A stretch of DNA of 61,007 bases, taken from an uncultured Bacilli bacterium (GTDB lineage Bacteria > Bacillota_I > Bacilli_A > RF39 > UBA660). The translations under genes were made by a program, and so were the position numbers. Below, one piece after another: positions 20,229 to 28,369 of this stretch. The first letter of the stretch is position 1. Every line of letters begins with the position of its first letter. The notes beneath the pieces were generated by a model. It saw only the letters and a program-made list of their open reading frames with translations, had not been told where the DNA came from and did no database searches. The stretch lies in NCBI GenBank assembly GCA_947625575.1, contig CANQOV010000003.1, forward strand, positions 1-61,007. Direction: 5' to 3'.

Positions 20229-20486
20229 TTATATTAATTGTTCTATTTTGTCATATATTTCTTCAGGTATTGTAATATCTAAAGCTTTGTCTAGAGCTTT
20301 ATTTTTTTTAGCTATTTTTAAAAGTTCTTTATCTTTTTTAATATATGCTCCTTTGCCGTTCATCTTTCCTGTTTCATCAATTTTTATTTGTTGATCTTTA
20401 GTTTTTACTATTCTTAAAAGATCTTTTTTTTCACATTTTTCATGTGATACTACACAGGTCCTGATAATTGGTTTTTTTGGTTTCAT
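20229..20486 (-). CDS. rnpM: YlxR/RnpM family protein
   Basis: PIIRTCVVS...K.DLLRIV...GKGAYI; located between nusA and infB. Confidence 0.9.
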   Translation of the reverse strand: MKPKKPIIRTCVVSHEKCEKKDLLRIVKTKDQQIKIDETGKMNGKGAYIKKDKELLKIAKKNKALDKALDITIPEEIYDKIEQLI

Positions 20487-21554
20487 CTAATCACCAACTT
20501 TAACAGATATACCCATTTCTAGGGCTTGTTTGCTTGTTTTAACATCAATTTTATATTTAGTTAGTCTTGACGCTAATTTAACGTTTTGTCCTTTTTTACC
20601 TAAGGCTAGAGAAAAATCATCGCCATCAGCAATTACTAAAGCTTCGTTTTTGGTTTCATCTAAGATATAGACTTGAATATTTTTAGCAGGTGCTAGAGCA
20701 TTTTTAATAAATGTTTCTTTATCTTTATCATATCTTACTATATCTATTTTTTCATTAGATAATTCTTTTATTATTCTACTTATTCTACTTCCATGTTCAC
20801 CAATACAGCAACCTACTGGATCGATATTAGCATAATCTGAGGCTACTGCTACTTTACTTCTTACGCCTGGTTCTCTTGCTACAGCGTAGATCATAACTGT
20901 TCCGTCCGCTAATTCTGGTATTTCACTTTCGAAGATTCTTTTTACGAAGTTATAATGTGCTCTTGATAAGATAATAGCAGTACCTTTAGCGTCAGCGTCA
21001 ACTTTGGTAACATATGATTTTATCATTGAGCCCATTTCAATTTTTTCATTGCCAATTAATTCTTTTTTAGATAATATACCATTTGTTCTTCCTAAATCAA
21101 TATAGTAGTTATTAGCGTCTTCTAGTGATACTACACCTGTTATTAGTTCTCCTTCTTTATCTTGGAATTCATTTATGATACTTTCACGTTCTTTTTCTTT
21201 AATTTTTTGGACCATTACTTGTTTAGCAGTTGATGCCGCTACTCTTCCAAAGTCACTTCCATTTACTTCTTCATCAATGGTGTCATCTATTTCTTTGGTC
21301 TTATCAATTTTTCTTGCGTCTTTTAAAGAAATTTCTAATTCAGGATTTTCTACTACTTCTTTTACTGTTTTAAATTTAAATATTTTTACTTCTCCAGTTT
21401 CTTCATTAATTTCAATTTTAGCATTTTCATCATGATACATTTTTTTGTAAGCTGATAGTAAAGCTGACTTTAAGCTTTCAAAGATGTAGTCCCTTGGTAT
21501 TTTTTTGTCATTTTCTAATATACTTACTGCATTTAATAATTCTTTACCGTTCAT
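20487..21554 (-). CDS. nusA: Transcription factor NusA
   Basis: FGRVAASTAKQV, AREPGVRSKVAV, DPVGCCIG, ALGKKGQNVKLA. Confidence 0.98.
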   Translation of the reverse strand: MNGKELLNAVSILENDKKIPRDYIFESLKSALLSAYKKMYHDENAKIEINEETGEVKIFKFKTVKEVVENPELEISLKDARKIDKTKEIDDTIDEEVNGSDFGRVAASTAKQVMVQKIKEKERESIINEFQDKEGELITGVVSLEDANNYYIDLGRTNGILSKKELIGNEKIEMGSMIKSYVTKVDADAKGTAIILSRAHYNFVKRIFESEIPELADGTVMIYAVAREPGVRSKVAVASDYANIDPVGCCIGEHGSRISRIIKELSNEKIDIVRYDKDKETFIKNALAPAKNIQVYILDETKNEALVIADGDDFSLALGKKGQNVKLASRLTKYKIDVKTSKQALEMGISVKVGD

Positions 21555-21557
21555 TTT

Positions 21558-21794
21558 TTAATTACCTCCTTTTTCTTTAGATGAGACGTCTAAAGTATAA
21601 CTTTCTTTTATATAATCGTGTTGATCTAAGATTGGTGATATTACGTTAGTTGCTTTAACAATTTTATCAATATCTAATGTTTCTGTGCTATCTAGTGTAA
21701 TATAAAGTGTCTTATTTTCATATTTTACTTCATCAATAGTTAGATTTAAATCTTCTAGTGGCTTATTTAAAACCTTTTTTATTTCATTTATCAT
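21558..21794 (-). CDS. rimP: RimP, N-terminal domain only
   Basis: LYITLD, ISPILD, YTLDVSS; ends immediately after the SS motif; directly upstream of nusA. Confidence 0.8.
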   Translation of the reverse strand: MINEIKKVLNKPLEDLNLTIDEVKYENKTLYITLDSTETLDIDKIVKATNVISPILDQHDYIKESYTLDVSSKEKGGN

Positions 21795-21795
21795 T

Positions 21796-22560
21796 TTAAC
21801 TTCTTACCCTTTCTTTTGTTTGATTAAAATTTATAAACAAATAATTTATATCTTGTTTAGGACTTGATAGAAAGTGAATAATTTCTTGATTGGAGAAACT
21901 ATCTATTATTTCTAGTAATGTATCTAATGGGATTATGGTATTAGATAAGTTTTGTAATATTTCTTTGGTTGTTTCTAGACCAAATAATTTTAGTAATCTT
22001 ATTTTGGCATTATCTTTTTTAGAGATATCAAAGTTTTTTAAACTTTTAAAGTGTAAGTATTGGTAGTATTTTAAGTAAGTTTCAAAGTCTAGTTTTCTTT
22101 TCTTATACCATACTTTACCACAAGAGGTTTGTATTTCTTCGGGATTATAGTATAAATCTTTTAGTTGTTGGGGAGCATTTGAATCTAGGAAATATTCAGG
22201 ATAGATTTCTTTATATTTTTCATCAAATGTATCCTCACTATACCAAAAATATACTTCATAATCTCTTGTTATGGTTTTAGGAAATGGTGATAAGCTACCA
22301 TGAATTTGATTACCTTTTAAGTTAGAGTTATTTAGTTTGATAAATCGATCATATTTGACAACGTAGTAACTTGGCATATGAATTAAGCGAAGATTAATAT
22401 CTAAGTTTTGATTTTCTAGATTGATGTTTTCTAAAGTGTTACTTAATATGTTCTCTTTATTGATAGTTCTTGCTACATCAATATTATTAGGTCTTATTAT
22501 TTCAATTGGAATACTACTTAATTCATCATATTCATCTTTTATTTTCTTTTTTGCAAACAT
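21796..22560 (-). CDS. Hypothetical orphan protein inserted in the rimP operon
   Basis: Start likely ATG 22560 (RBS GGGGGT); stop abuts the rimP start; no family recognised. Confidence 0.7.
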   Translation of the reverse strand: MFAKKKIKDEYDELSSIPIEIIRPNNIDVARTINKENILSNTLENINLENQNLDINLRLIHMPSYYVVKYDRFIKLNNSNLKGNQIHGSLSPFPKTITRDYEVYFWYSEDTFDEKYKEIYPEYFLDSNAPQQLKDLYYNPEEIQTSCGKVWYKKRKLDFETYLKYYQYLHFKSLKNFDISKKDNAKIRLLKLFGLETTKEILQNLSNTIIPLDTLLEIIDSFSNQEIIHFLSSPKQDINYLFINFNQTKERVRS

Positions 22561-22584
22561 TTTTATGTTACCCCCAGTTATTAT

Positions 22585-22620
22585 AAAACACAAACGAGTG
22601 GGATTACCCACTCTGTTGCT
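22585..22620 (-). promoter_or_regulatory. rimP-leader-like attenuator hairpin
   Basis: GAGTGGG-TAAT-CCCACTC followed by GTTTGTGTTTT, just after a sigma-A promoter. Matches the hairpin conserved upstream of Firmicute rimP (recognised from memory). Confidence 0.65.
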
Positions 22621-22626
22621 AAAAGT

Positions 22627-22655
22627 ATTATAGCACTACAATTAATATTTGTAAA
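22627..22655 (-). promoter_or_regulatory. Sigma-A promoter of the rimP-nusA-infB operon
   Basis: TTTACA-17-TATAAT with extended TG. Confidence 0.75.
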
Positions 22656-22721
22656 ACATTTTTTAAGTTTTTAGTTATTTATTTACTATTTTTAGGTTTG
22701 TTACTATAATATTTATAGGAT

Positions 22722-23432
22722 GTGATAGAATTGAAGATTAAAAAAATTATTAAGTTTGTAGTTTTATTTTTGTTTGAAATGTTGTTTGCTTCTTTAATGG
22801 TTTTTGTTTTAAGATTGTTTAAGATAGATATTTATAAATTATCTGTTACTATTAGAATTATTATTTCTTTTGCTATTAGTTTGTTATTAATGGGTTTGTT
22901 TTATTTGGTATATCATAAAGATATTAATAGAGATTTTAAAGACTATGTTAAGAATTTTAAAAGTTATTTTAGTTTTTCTATTAAGTGGTGGGCTATTGGG
23001 TTTGCAATTATGATATTAGCTAATGTTGTTATCTATAGTTTTTTACATAATTCTTCCCAAAATGAGATTGAGATACAGAATCTTTTAAGTATATCTCCTT
23101 TATATATATTGTTTTCATCTTGTATTTATGCTCCTTTTGTGGAGGAATTAATCTATAGAAAATCTATTAGAGATTTTATTAGTAATAATACTTTATATAT
23201 TTTAGTATCAGGTTTATTATTTGGATTTGTTCATACTTTATCAGGATTATATAATGGTGAGGTTATTAATACTATGGAGATTATCTATATTGTTCCTTAT
23301 GCTATTATGGGGTGTGTTTTTGCATATATGTATACAAAAACTGATAATATTTTTACGACAATGGGTGTACATTTAATTCATAATTTGTTATCTTTTCTAG
23401 CTTCAATTGTTAGTTTGTTGGTGATATTATGA
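22722..23432 (+). CDS. CPBP/CAAX family intramembrane metalloprotease
   Basis: APFVEELIYR, FGFVH, HLIHN motifs; multiple transmembrane segments. Confidence 0.9.
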   Translation: MIELKIKKIIKFVVLFLFEMLFASLMVFVLRLFKIDIYKLSVTIRIIISFAISLLLMGLFYLVYHKDINRDFKDYVKNFKSYFSFSIKWWAIGFAIMILANVVIYSFLHNSSQNEIEIQNLLSISPLYILFSSCIYAPFVEELIYRKSIRDFISNNTLYILVSGLLFGFVHTLSGLYNGEVINTMEIIYIVPYAIMGCVFAYMYTKTDNIFTTMGVHLIHNLLSFLASIVSLLVIL

Positions 23433-24325
23433 ATAATACGACTAGAGTTGATAAATTAAATGAAATTAAAAAAGAAAGTGTTAAAAAAAAGGTTAAGAAA
23501 GTTATGATTTGGATACTGGTTATTTTATTAGTTTGTTTGGTGGTTTTGGGATTATATTCTTATTTTATTGAGCCTAGATTTGTCTTAATTAATGAGACTG
23601 TTTTAAAAGATGATAAGATTAGTGATAGTTTTGATGGAGTTAAGATTTTACATTTTTCTGATTTACATTATGGATCAAATATTAATAAGAAAAATATAGA
23701 TAAAATTATTGATAAGTTTAATAGTTCAAAACCTGATATTGTTATTTTTACTGGGGATTTAATTAAAGAGGGTTATGAGTTAACAGTTGAAGATGTGGAT
23801 ATTTTAACTAAGGCTTTGAATAAGATAGAGGCAAGAATTGGTAAGTACAGTGTTTATGGTAATCATGATTATTATGCTAATTATTTGGAAAAGATAACTG
23901 ATATTTATAAAAATAGTGATTTTAAGTTATTACAGAATAGTTATGAGTTAGTTTATAATAATGGCAGTGTACCGATTATGATATATGGGGTTGATGATGT
24001 GTTAGCTTCTTCTGCCAGTATGGAAAATATGGAAAAAAATGATTATTATAAGATAGTTTTAGTGCATGAGCCAGATTATGCTGATATGATAAGTGATGAT
24101 GAAGCTGATTTGATTTTAGCAGGGCATTCTCACAATGGGCAAGTTAATATTCCTCTTTTGAAGAAATTAGTTTTACCACCCTATTCTAAAAAATATTATA
24201 AAGCTTACTATAAAGTTAATAATAATCCTTTGTATGTTTCTTCAGGATTAGGTTGTAGTTTATGGGATATAAGATTTTTAAATCCACCAAGTTATAATTT
24301 ATTTAGACTTAAAAAAGAAAAGTAA
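23429..24325 (+). CDS. Membrane-anchored metallophosphoesterase (YkuE-like)
   Basis: SDLH, TGD, GNHD, HEP, GHSHNGQ motifs; N-terminal transmembrane helix. Confidence 0.92.
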   Translation: MNNTTRVDKLNEIKKESVKKKVKKVMIWILVILLVCLVVLGLYSYFIEPRFVLINETVLKDDKISDSFDGVKILHFSDLHYGSNINKKNIDKIIDKFNSSKPDIVIFTGDLIKEGYELTVEDVDILTKALNKIEARIGKYSVYGNHDYYANYLEKITDIYKNSDFKLLQNSYELVYNNGSVPIMIYGVDDVLASSASMENMEKNDYYKIVLVHEPDYADMISDDEADLILAGHSHNGQVNIPLLKKLVLPPYSKKYYKAYYKVNNNPLYVSSGLGCSLWDIRFLNPPSYNLFRLKKEK

Positions 24326-24333
24326 AATTAAAA

Positions 24334-25044
24334 TTACTTTTCTTTTATTTTGATTAAGGGTAAGTTTACCTCTTCTAGTTTATTTAGCTGGGATATGATT
24401 AGGTTATCTTGCATTATTTGACGATTAACATATTCAATTATGATACTTCTATTTTTACTTTTCATTATTTCATTTCTTAATTTAAATAGAATATATCTTA
24501 TTTTTGTATAAATATATTCTGTACTGAAACCCAAAATTTTAGCTATTTCTTTTGGTTTATAACATACATCATTTTTAAAACCAAATAGTAAGATAACTAT
24601 TTGTTGTTCTTTTTCATTTAAAGTAGAAATTATTTCAAGGATGTATTCTCTTAACTCTTTTTCTTCATAGATATCTTTTATATCTTTATCTTGAGAAGAT
24701 AAGGTATCTTCAATAGTTATTTCATCATCAGAATCTAATAATGGCTCATCAATACTTATGGTATTATCATGTTTACTTTCTTTTTGGATATAGGAAAGAA
24801 TAGCATTTTTGATACAGGGATATATAAATGTGGAAAACTTTACCCCTTTAGATGAATCATATTTTGAGATGTTGTTTACTAAACTTACTTTTCCTACAGA
24901 TATTAAATCATCAATATCATGCATGGTTGAAGCATATTTTCTTGCTATAGAAATTATTAATTTCATATGACTATTTACTAGGTGTTCGATTGTTTTTTCA
25001 TCGATTGTATTTGTATTATTTATGTTTGTGGTTTTTTCTAGCAT
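24334..25044 (-). CDS. Divergent sigma-70 factor of the SigE/SigK type
   Basis: Region 2 LIISIARKY..DDLISVG..KGVKFSTF..CIKNAILSY, linker ISIDEPL, region 4 LNEKEQQIVILLFG...KEIAKILG. Confidence 0.8.
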   Translation of the reverse strand: MLEKTTNINNTNTIDEKTIEHLVNSHMKLIISIARKYASTMHDIDDLISVGKVSLVNNISKYDSSKGVKFSTFIYPCIKNAILSYIQKESKHDNTISIDEPLLDSDDEITIEDTLSSQDKDIKDIYEEKELREYILEIISTLNEKEQQIVILLFGFKNDVCYKPKEIAKILGFSTEYIYTKIRYILFKLRNEIMKSKNRSIIIEYVNRQIMQDNLIISQLNKLEEVNLPLIKIKEK

Positions 25045-25075
25045 GATTTTCTTTCCCTTTTTTTAAAGTAGGTAT

Positions 25076-25104
25076 ATTATAATACTTTTTTTTAAAAATA
25101 GCAA
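25076..25104 (-). promoter_or_regulatory. Sigma-A promoter of the divergent sigma gene
   Basis: TTGCTA-17-TATAAT. Confidence 0.65.
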
Positions 25105-25110
25105 TAGTTT

Positions 25111-26385
25111 TTAATTATTGGGTAATATTATTAAACTTGAGGTATTAGTATAATCTAGTGATTTAAGAACTTTTTCTAATGTTTCATAGTTCATGTTTTT
25201 GATTATTTCTATTTTATTATTTATATATTTACCATAATCTAAGATATCATCTATTATAGTGTTTATGATAGCGTCATTATTATCTAACATTTTTACTTCT
25301 TGAGAAATCCAAACTTTTTTAATTCTTTCTAAGTCTTGTTTAGCTATTTTTAGGTTGTTTAGATAAGTAATTAGTTCTTGTAGTAATTGTTCTGGTTTAG
25401 TACTTGTAGCAAAGAAATCTATTAAATAGTGGGTATCTATTTCTGTTATTTGATAAGATACTGTATTTATTAAGTTATTTAGTAGTAAATATTCTCTAAA
25501 ATCAGAAGCTGCTCCAAAACAAATGCTTATTATCATCATTAAGTAATAGTCTAGTTCTATTTTAGGCAGTTTGTTTTGTTCTAACTTCTTTTTATTTATT
25601 TTTATAGAATATGCTACTTTGGGTACAGTTATGTTTTTCATGTGTTTTATTTCGTTTGTTAATTTGACATTATCTGGCTCTTGGATAATTATTTTTTTTA
25701 TTTTTGATTTAGGATTTGGTATTGGTTTTAAAATATCATTTACTATTTTACTAGCACTTTTAAGATCAAAAGATCCTACTAAAACTAAAAACATATTATC
25801 TGGGCGATAAAAATCATTATAACAAGTTTCTAATTCTTCTTTGGTTATGGCTTTTATGTTATCGGAAGTGCCAATTACTTTTGTTTTGTGATAGTCTTTA
25901 TTTAGAGTGTTGGCTCTTATTGTTTCATAGAGTATACGATCTGGATTATCTTGATACATCCTTTCTTCTTCTAGAATTATACCTTTTTCTTTTTCTACTT
26001 TTTCATTAGTGGTTTTAAAGTTTGTTACCCAGTTTAGTAAATATTTTAGGTTATCTAAAAAAGCATTGTTACCTGAAAAATGAAAAGCTGTATATTCACT
26101 TGTGGTATAAGCATTGACATCTGTTCCTGTTTTAGCATAATAATCAAAGGGTGTTATAGTATCACTATCAAATAATTTATGTTCTAGAAAGTGTGCTATA
26201 CCCTCATGTGTTTTTATTAAATTATTATCTTTTTTATATTCAATGTTGGTAGAGCCATATTTTATTCCAAGTAAAACTGTAAAATTCTTTTTTGTATCAT
26301 TTGGTTTATAATATACTTCTAAATCATTGGGTAATTTTTCATAATAACAATATTCATCAAAGTTATTTATTGATATTTTTTTCAT
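25111..26385 (-). CDS. M16 family peptidase, catalytic subunit (YmfH-like)
   Basis: GIAHFLEHKLF (HxxEH), VNAYT, EKEKGIILEE. Confidence 0.92.
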   Translation of the reverse strand: MKKISINNFDEYCYYEKLPNDLEVYYKPNDTKKNFTVLLGIKYGSTNIEYKKDNNLIKTHEGIAHFLEHKLFDSDTITPFDYYAKTGTDVNAYTTSEYTAFHFSGNNAFLDNLKYLLNWVTNFKTTNEKVEKEKGIILEEERMYQDNPDRILYETIRANTLNKDYHKTKVIGTSDNIKAITKEELETCYNDFYRPDNMFLVLVGSFDLKSASKIVNDILKPIPNPKSKIKKIIIQEPDNVKLTNEIKHMKNITVPKVAYSIKINKKKLEQNKLPKIELDYYLMMIISICFGAASDFREYLLLNNLINTVSYQITEIDTHYLIDFFATSTKPEQLLQELITYLNNLKIAKQDLERIKKVWISQEVKMLDNNDAIINTIIDDILDYGKYINNKIEIIKNMNYETLEKVLKSLDYTNTSSLIILPNN

Positions 26386-27643
26386 TGCTATTTTTCTCCT
26401 TTAGTAATAATATGATATCTAGTTTAAATTTTTTAGCTATAGCTACTACTTCTTCTTTGGTAACTTTTTGCATGTTTGCTATTTGTTTTTCATAAGGGTC
26501 ATTGTTTAAATATTTTAATGAAAAATAGTATTCTATTATAGATGAAGAAGATTCATTTATTTCATTTACTGCACTTATATATAAGTTTTTAGCGTCTTCA
26601 AGTTCTTTATCAAAATTACCTTTTTTCATTTCGTTGATACAATATTTTATGCGTTTTATAACTAATTTATAATTTTTACTATTTATACCAGCATTTATTA
26701 AAACATAATCATCTAATCGGCGATATACAGAATTTATTGAGTATGCACAAGAATATTTTTCTCTTATGTCTTTAAAGAATTTAGATTCTGGACTATTACC
26801 TAAAATAATATTAAAGATAGTAGCAGGATATCTTTTTTCATACCAAGAAAGATCTTTAAAATAGGCTGCGATAGCTAGATTTGATTGCACAAAAGATGAT
26901 TGTTTGATAATGGTTTTAGGATAGATATTATGTTTGGTCAAGGTTATTTCTATTGATTGTTTTTCTTTATTTAAGGAAGTAAATTTAAAGTTTGTTTTGA
27001 TTAGATGTTCCATTTCATAAAAATCAAAGTCTCCAATTACATAGAAATCGATATAGTTCGTTGTTAAAAACTTTTTGTAGTATTGATAAAGAGTATGTGG
27101 TGTTATTACGTTTAAATCTTCTAGATAACCTGTCATGATATAGGAAATTGGAGAATTTTTAGCAAGTTTTTCTCTTAAAGATTGGACAGCAATGAAGTTA
27201 GGATTTTCTTGATTGGTAATGATATCTATACGATTATTTTCTTTGATGACATTAAATATTTCTTCATCAAATTTTTCATCTGTCACATTAGGGTTAAAGA
27301 TAATTTCTTTAAAGTATTTAATACTTTCTTTTAACATTTCTTCTTCAGTATATTTAGGGTGGAGCATACTCATTGTGAAGTCTGTTTGAAGATGTAATCC
27401 CGTTCTTTTATTGGAACAGTAGACATCTACATCATATAGTTGTTGTTTTTTGATAGTCATTTTCTTACGAGAGTTATATTTTTTAGTAGAAAATGTTAAG
27501 TTGTCTATTAATAGATTACGAATTGTGATGTCTTCTTTTTTGATGTTATCACGAAAAATAAGTTTAAAATTTATTGTTTTAAACTTATTAGTTTTGATTA
27601 AGTGTAGATTGTATGAGCCTAAATTTAATTCTTTATATTCCAT
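26363..27643 (-). CDS. M16 family non-catalytic subunit (YmfF-like)
   Basis: KTNKFKT N-terminus, SKFFKDIREKYSCAY; lacks HxxEH; paired with ymfH. Confidence 0.88.
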   Translation of the reverse strand: MEYKELNLGSYNLHLIKTNKFKTINFKLIFRDNIKKEDITIRNLLIDNLTFSTKKYNSRKKMTIKKQQLYDVDVYCSNKRTGLHLQTDFTMSMLHPKYTEEEMLKESIKYFKEIIFNPNVTDEKFDEEIFNVIKENNRIDIITNQENPNFIAVQSLREKLAKNSPISYIMTGYLEDLNVITPHTLYQYYKKFLTTNYIDFYVIGDFDFYEMEHLIKTNFKFTSLNKEKQSIEITLTKHNIYPKTIIKQSSFVQSNLAIAAYFKDLSWYEKRYPATIFNIILGNSPESKFFKDIREKYSCAYSINSVYRRLDDYVLINAGINSKNYKLVIKRIKYCINEMKKGNFDKELEDAKNLYISAVNEINESSSSIIEYYFSLKYLNNDPYEKQIANMQKVTKEEVVAIAKKFKLDIILLLKEKNSNEKNINK

Positions 27644-27662
27644 GTTAATCCCCCTTTTAATA

Positions 27663-28355
27663 TTAGATAGATTCTAAGGCAAGAACGATTGCATCATCAA
27701 ATGTATTTGTTCTTTCAAGTGAAGATAGTTTTTCTTGGGTTATGACATTATCTGAGACTGTTAAAATACATGATGATTCTTTTTGATATAGTTTAGCTAT
27801 GTAAAATAGAGCAAAGCACTCCATTTCTACTCCTAAACAATAGTTTTTTTCTATATTTTCATCTTTATATTGTTTATAAAATAAATCACTAGTATTAATA
27901 TTCCCAATTAGTATTTTTTTATGTTGATTTTCTGCTTCTTTGGTTATTTTTTCATTTAATGTTTTACTAGCAGTTATGACGTTTATACTACTTCCATTAT
28001 ATTGATATGCAAAATTTGATAATGTGTAAGCTTTTTCTACTAAGATAATTTCATTTAGTCCTATTTCTTTATGAAGTGAGCCACATGAGCCTACTCTTAT
28101 TACTTTTTGGACATCGTATTCTTCAAATAATTCAGTTAGATAGATAGCTATACTTGGCATACCCATACCTGTTGCCATGACTGTTATTAATTTATCGTTA
28201 TAATAGCCAGTGTATGCTAGTTCTAATCTTGTTCTATTTACAACTTTAGTATCTTTTAAATATTTTTCAGCAATATATTTGGCTCTTATAGGATCGCCAC
28301 AGACAATAACTAAAGGAGAAATATCATTTTTTACTGCGTCAATATGTGTTGACAT
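27663..28355 (-). CDS. deoD: Purine nucleoside phosphorylase DeoD
   Basis: GDPIRAKYIA, GMGMPS, IRVGSCG, GVEME, LTVSD. Confidence 0.92.
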   Translation of the reverse strand: MSTHIDAVKNDISPLVIVCGDPIRAKYIAEKYLKDTKVVNRTRLELAYTGYYNDKLITVMATGMGMPSIAIYLTELFEEYDVQKVIRVGSCGSLHKEIGLNEIILVEKAYTLSNFAYQYNGSSINVITASKTLNEKITKEAENQHKKILIGNINTSDLFYKQYKDENIEKNYCLGVEMECFALFYIAKLYQKESSCILTVSDNVITQEKLSSLERTNTFDDAIVLALESI

Positions 28356-28369
28356 ATTATACTTCCTTT

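Noticed and set aside
25111-27643. Active plus inactive M16 peptidase pair as a novel system
   Set aside because: This is the standard ymfF-ymfH arrangement of Firmicutes.
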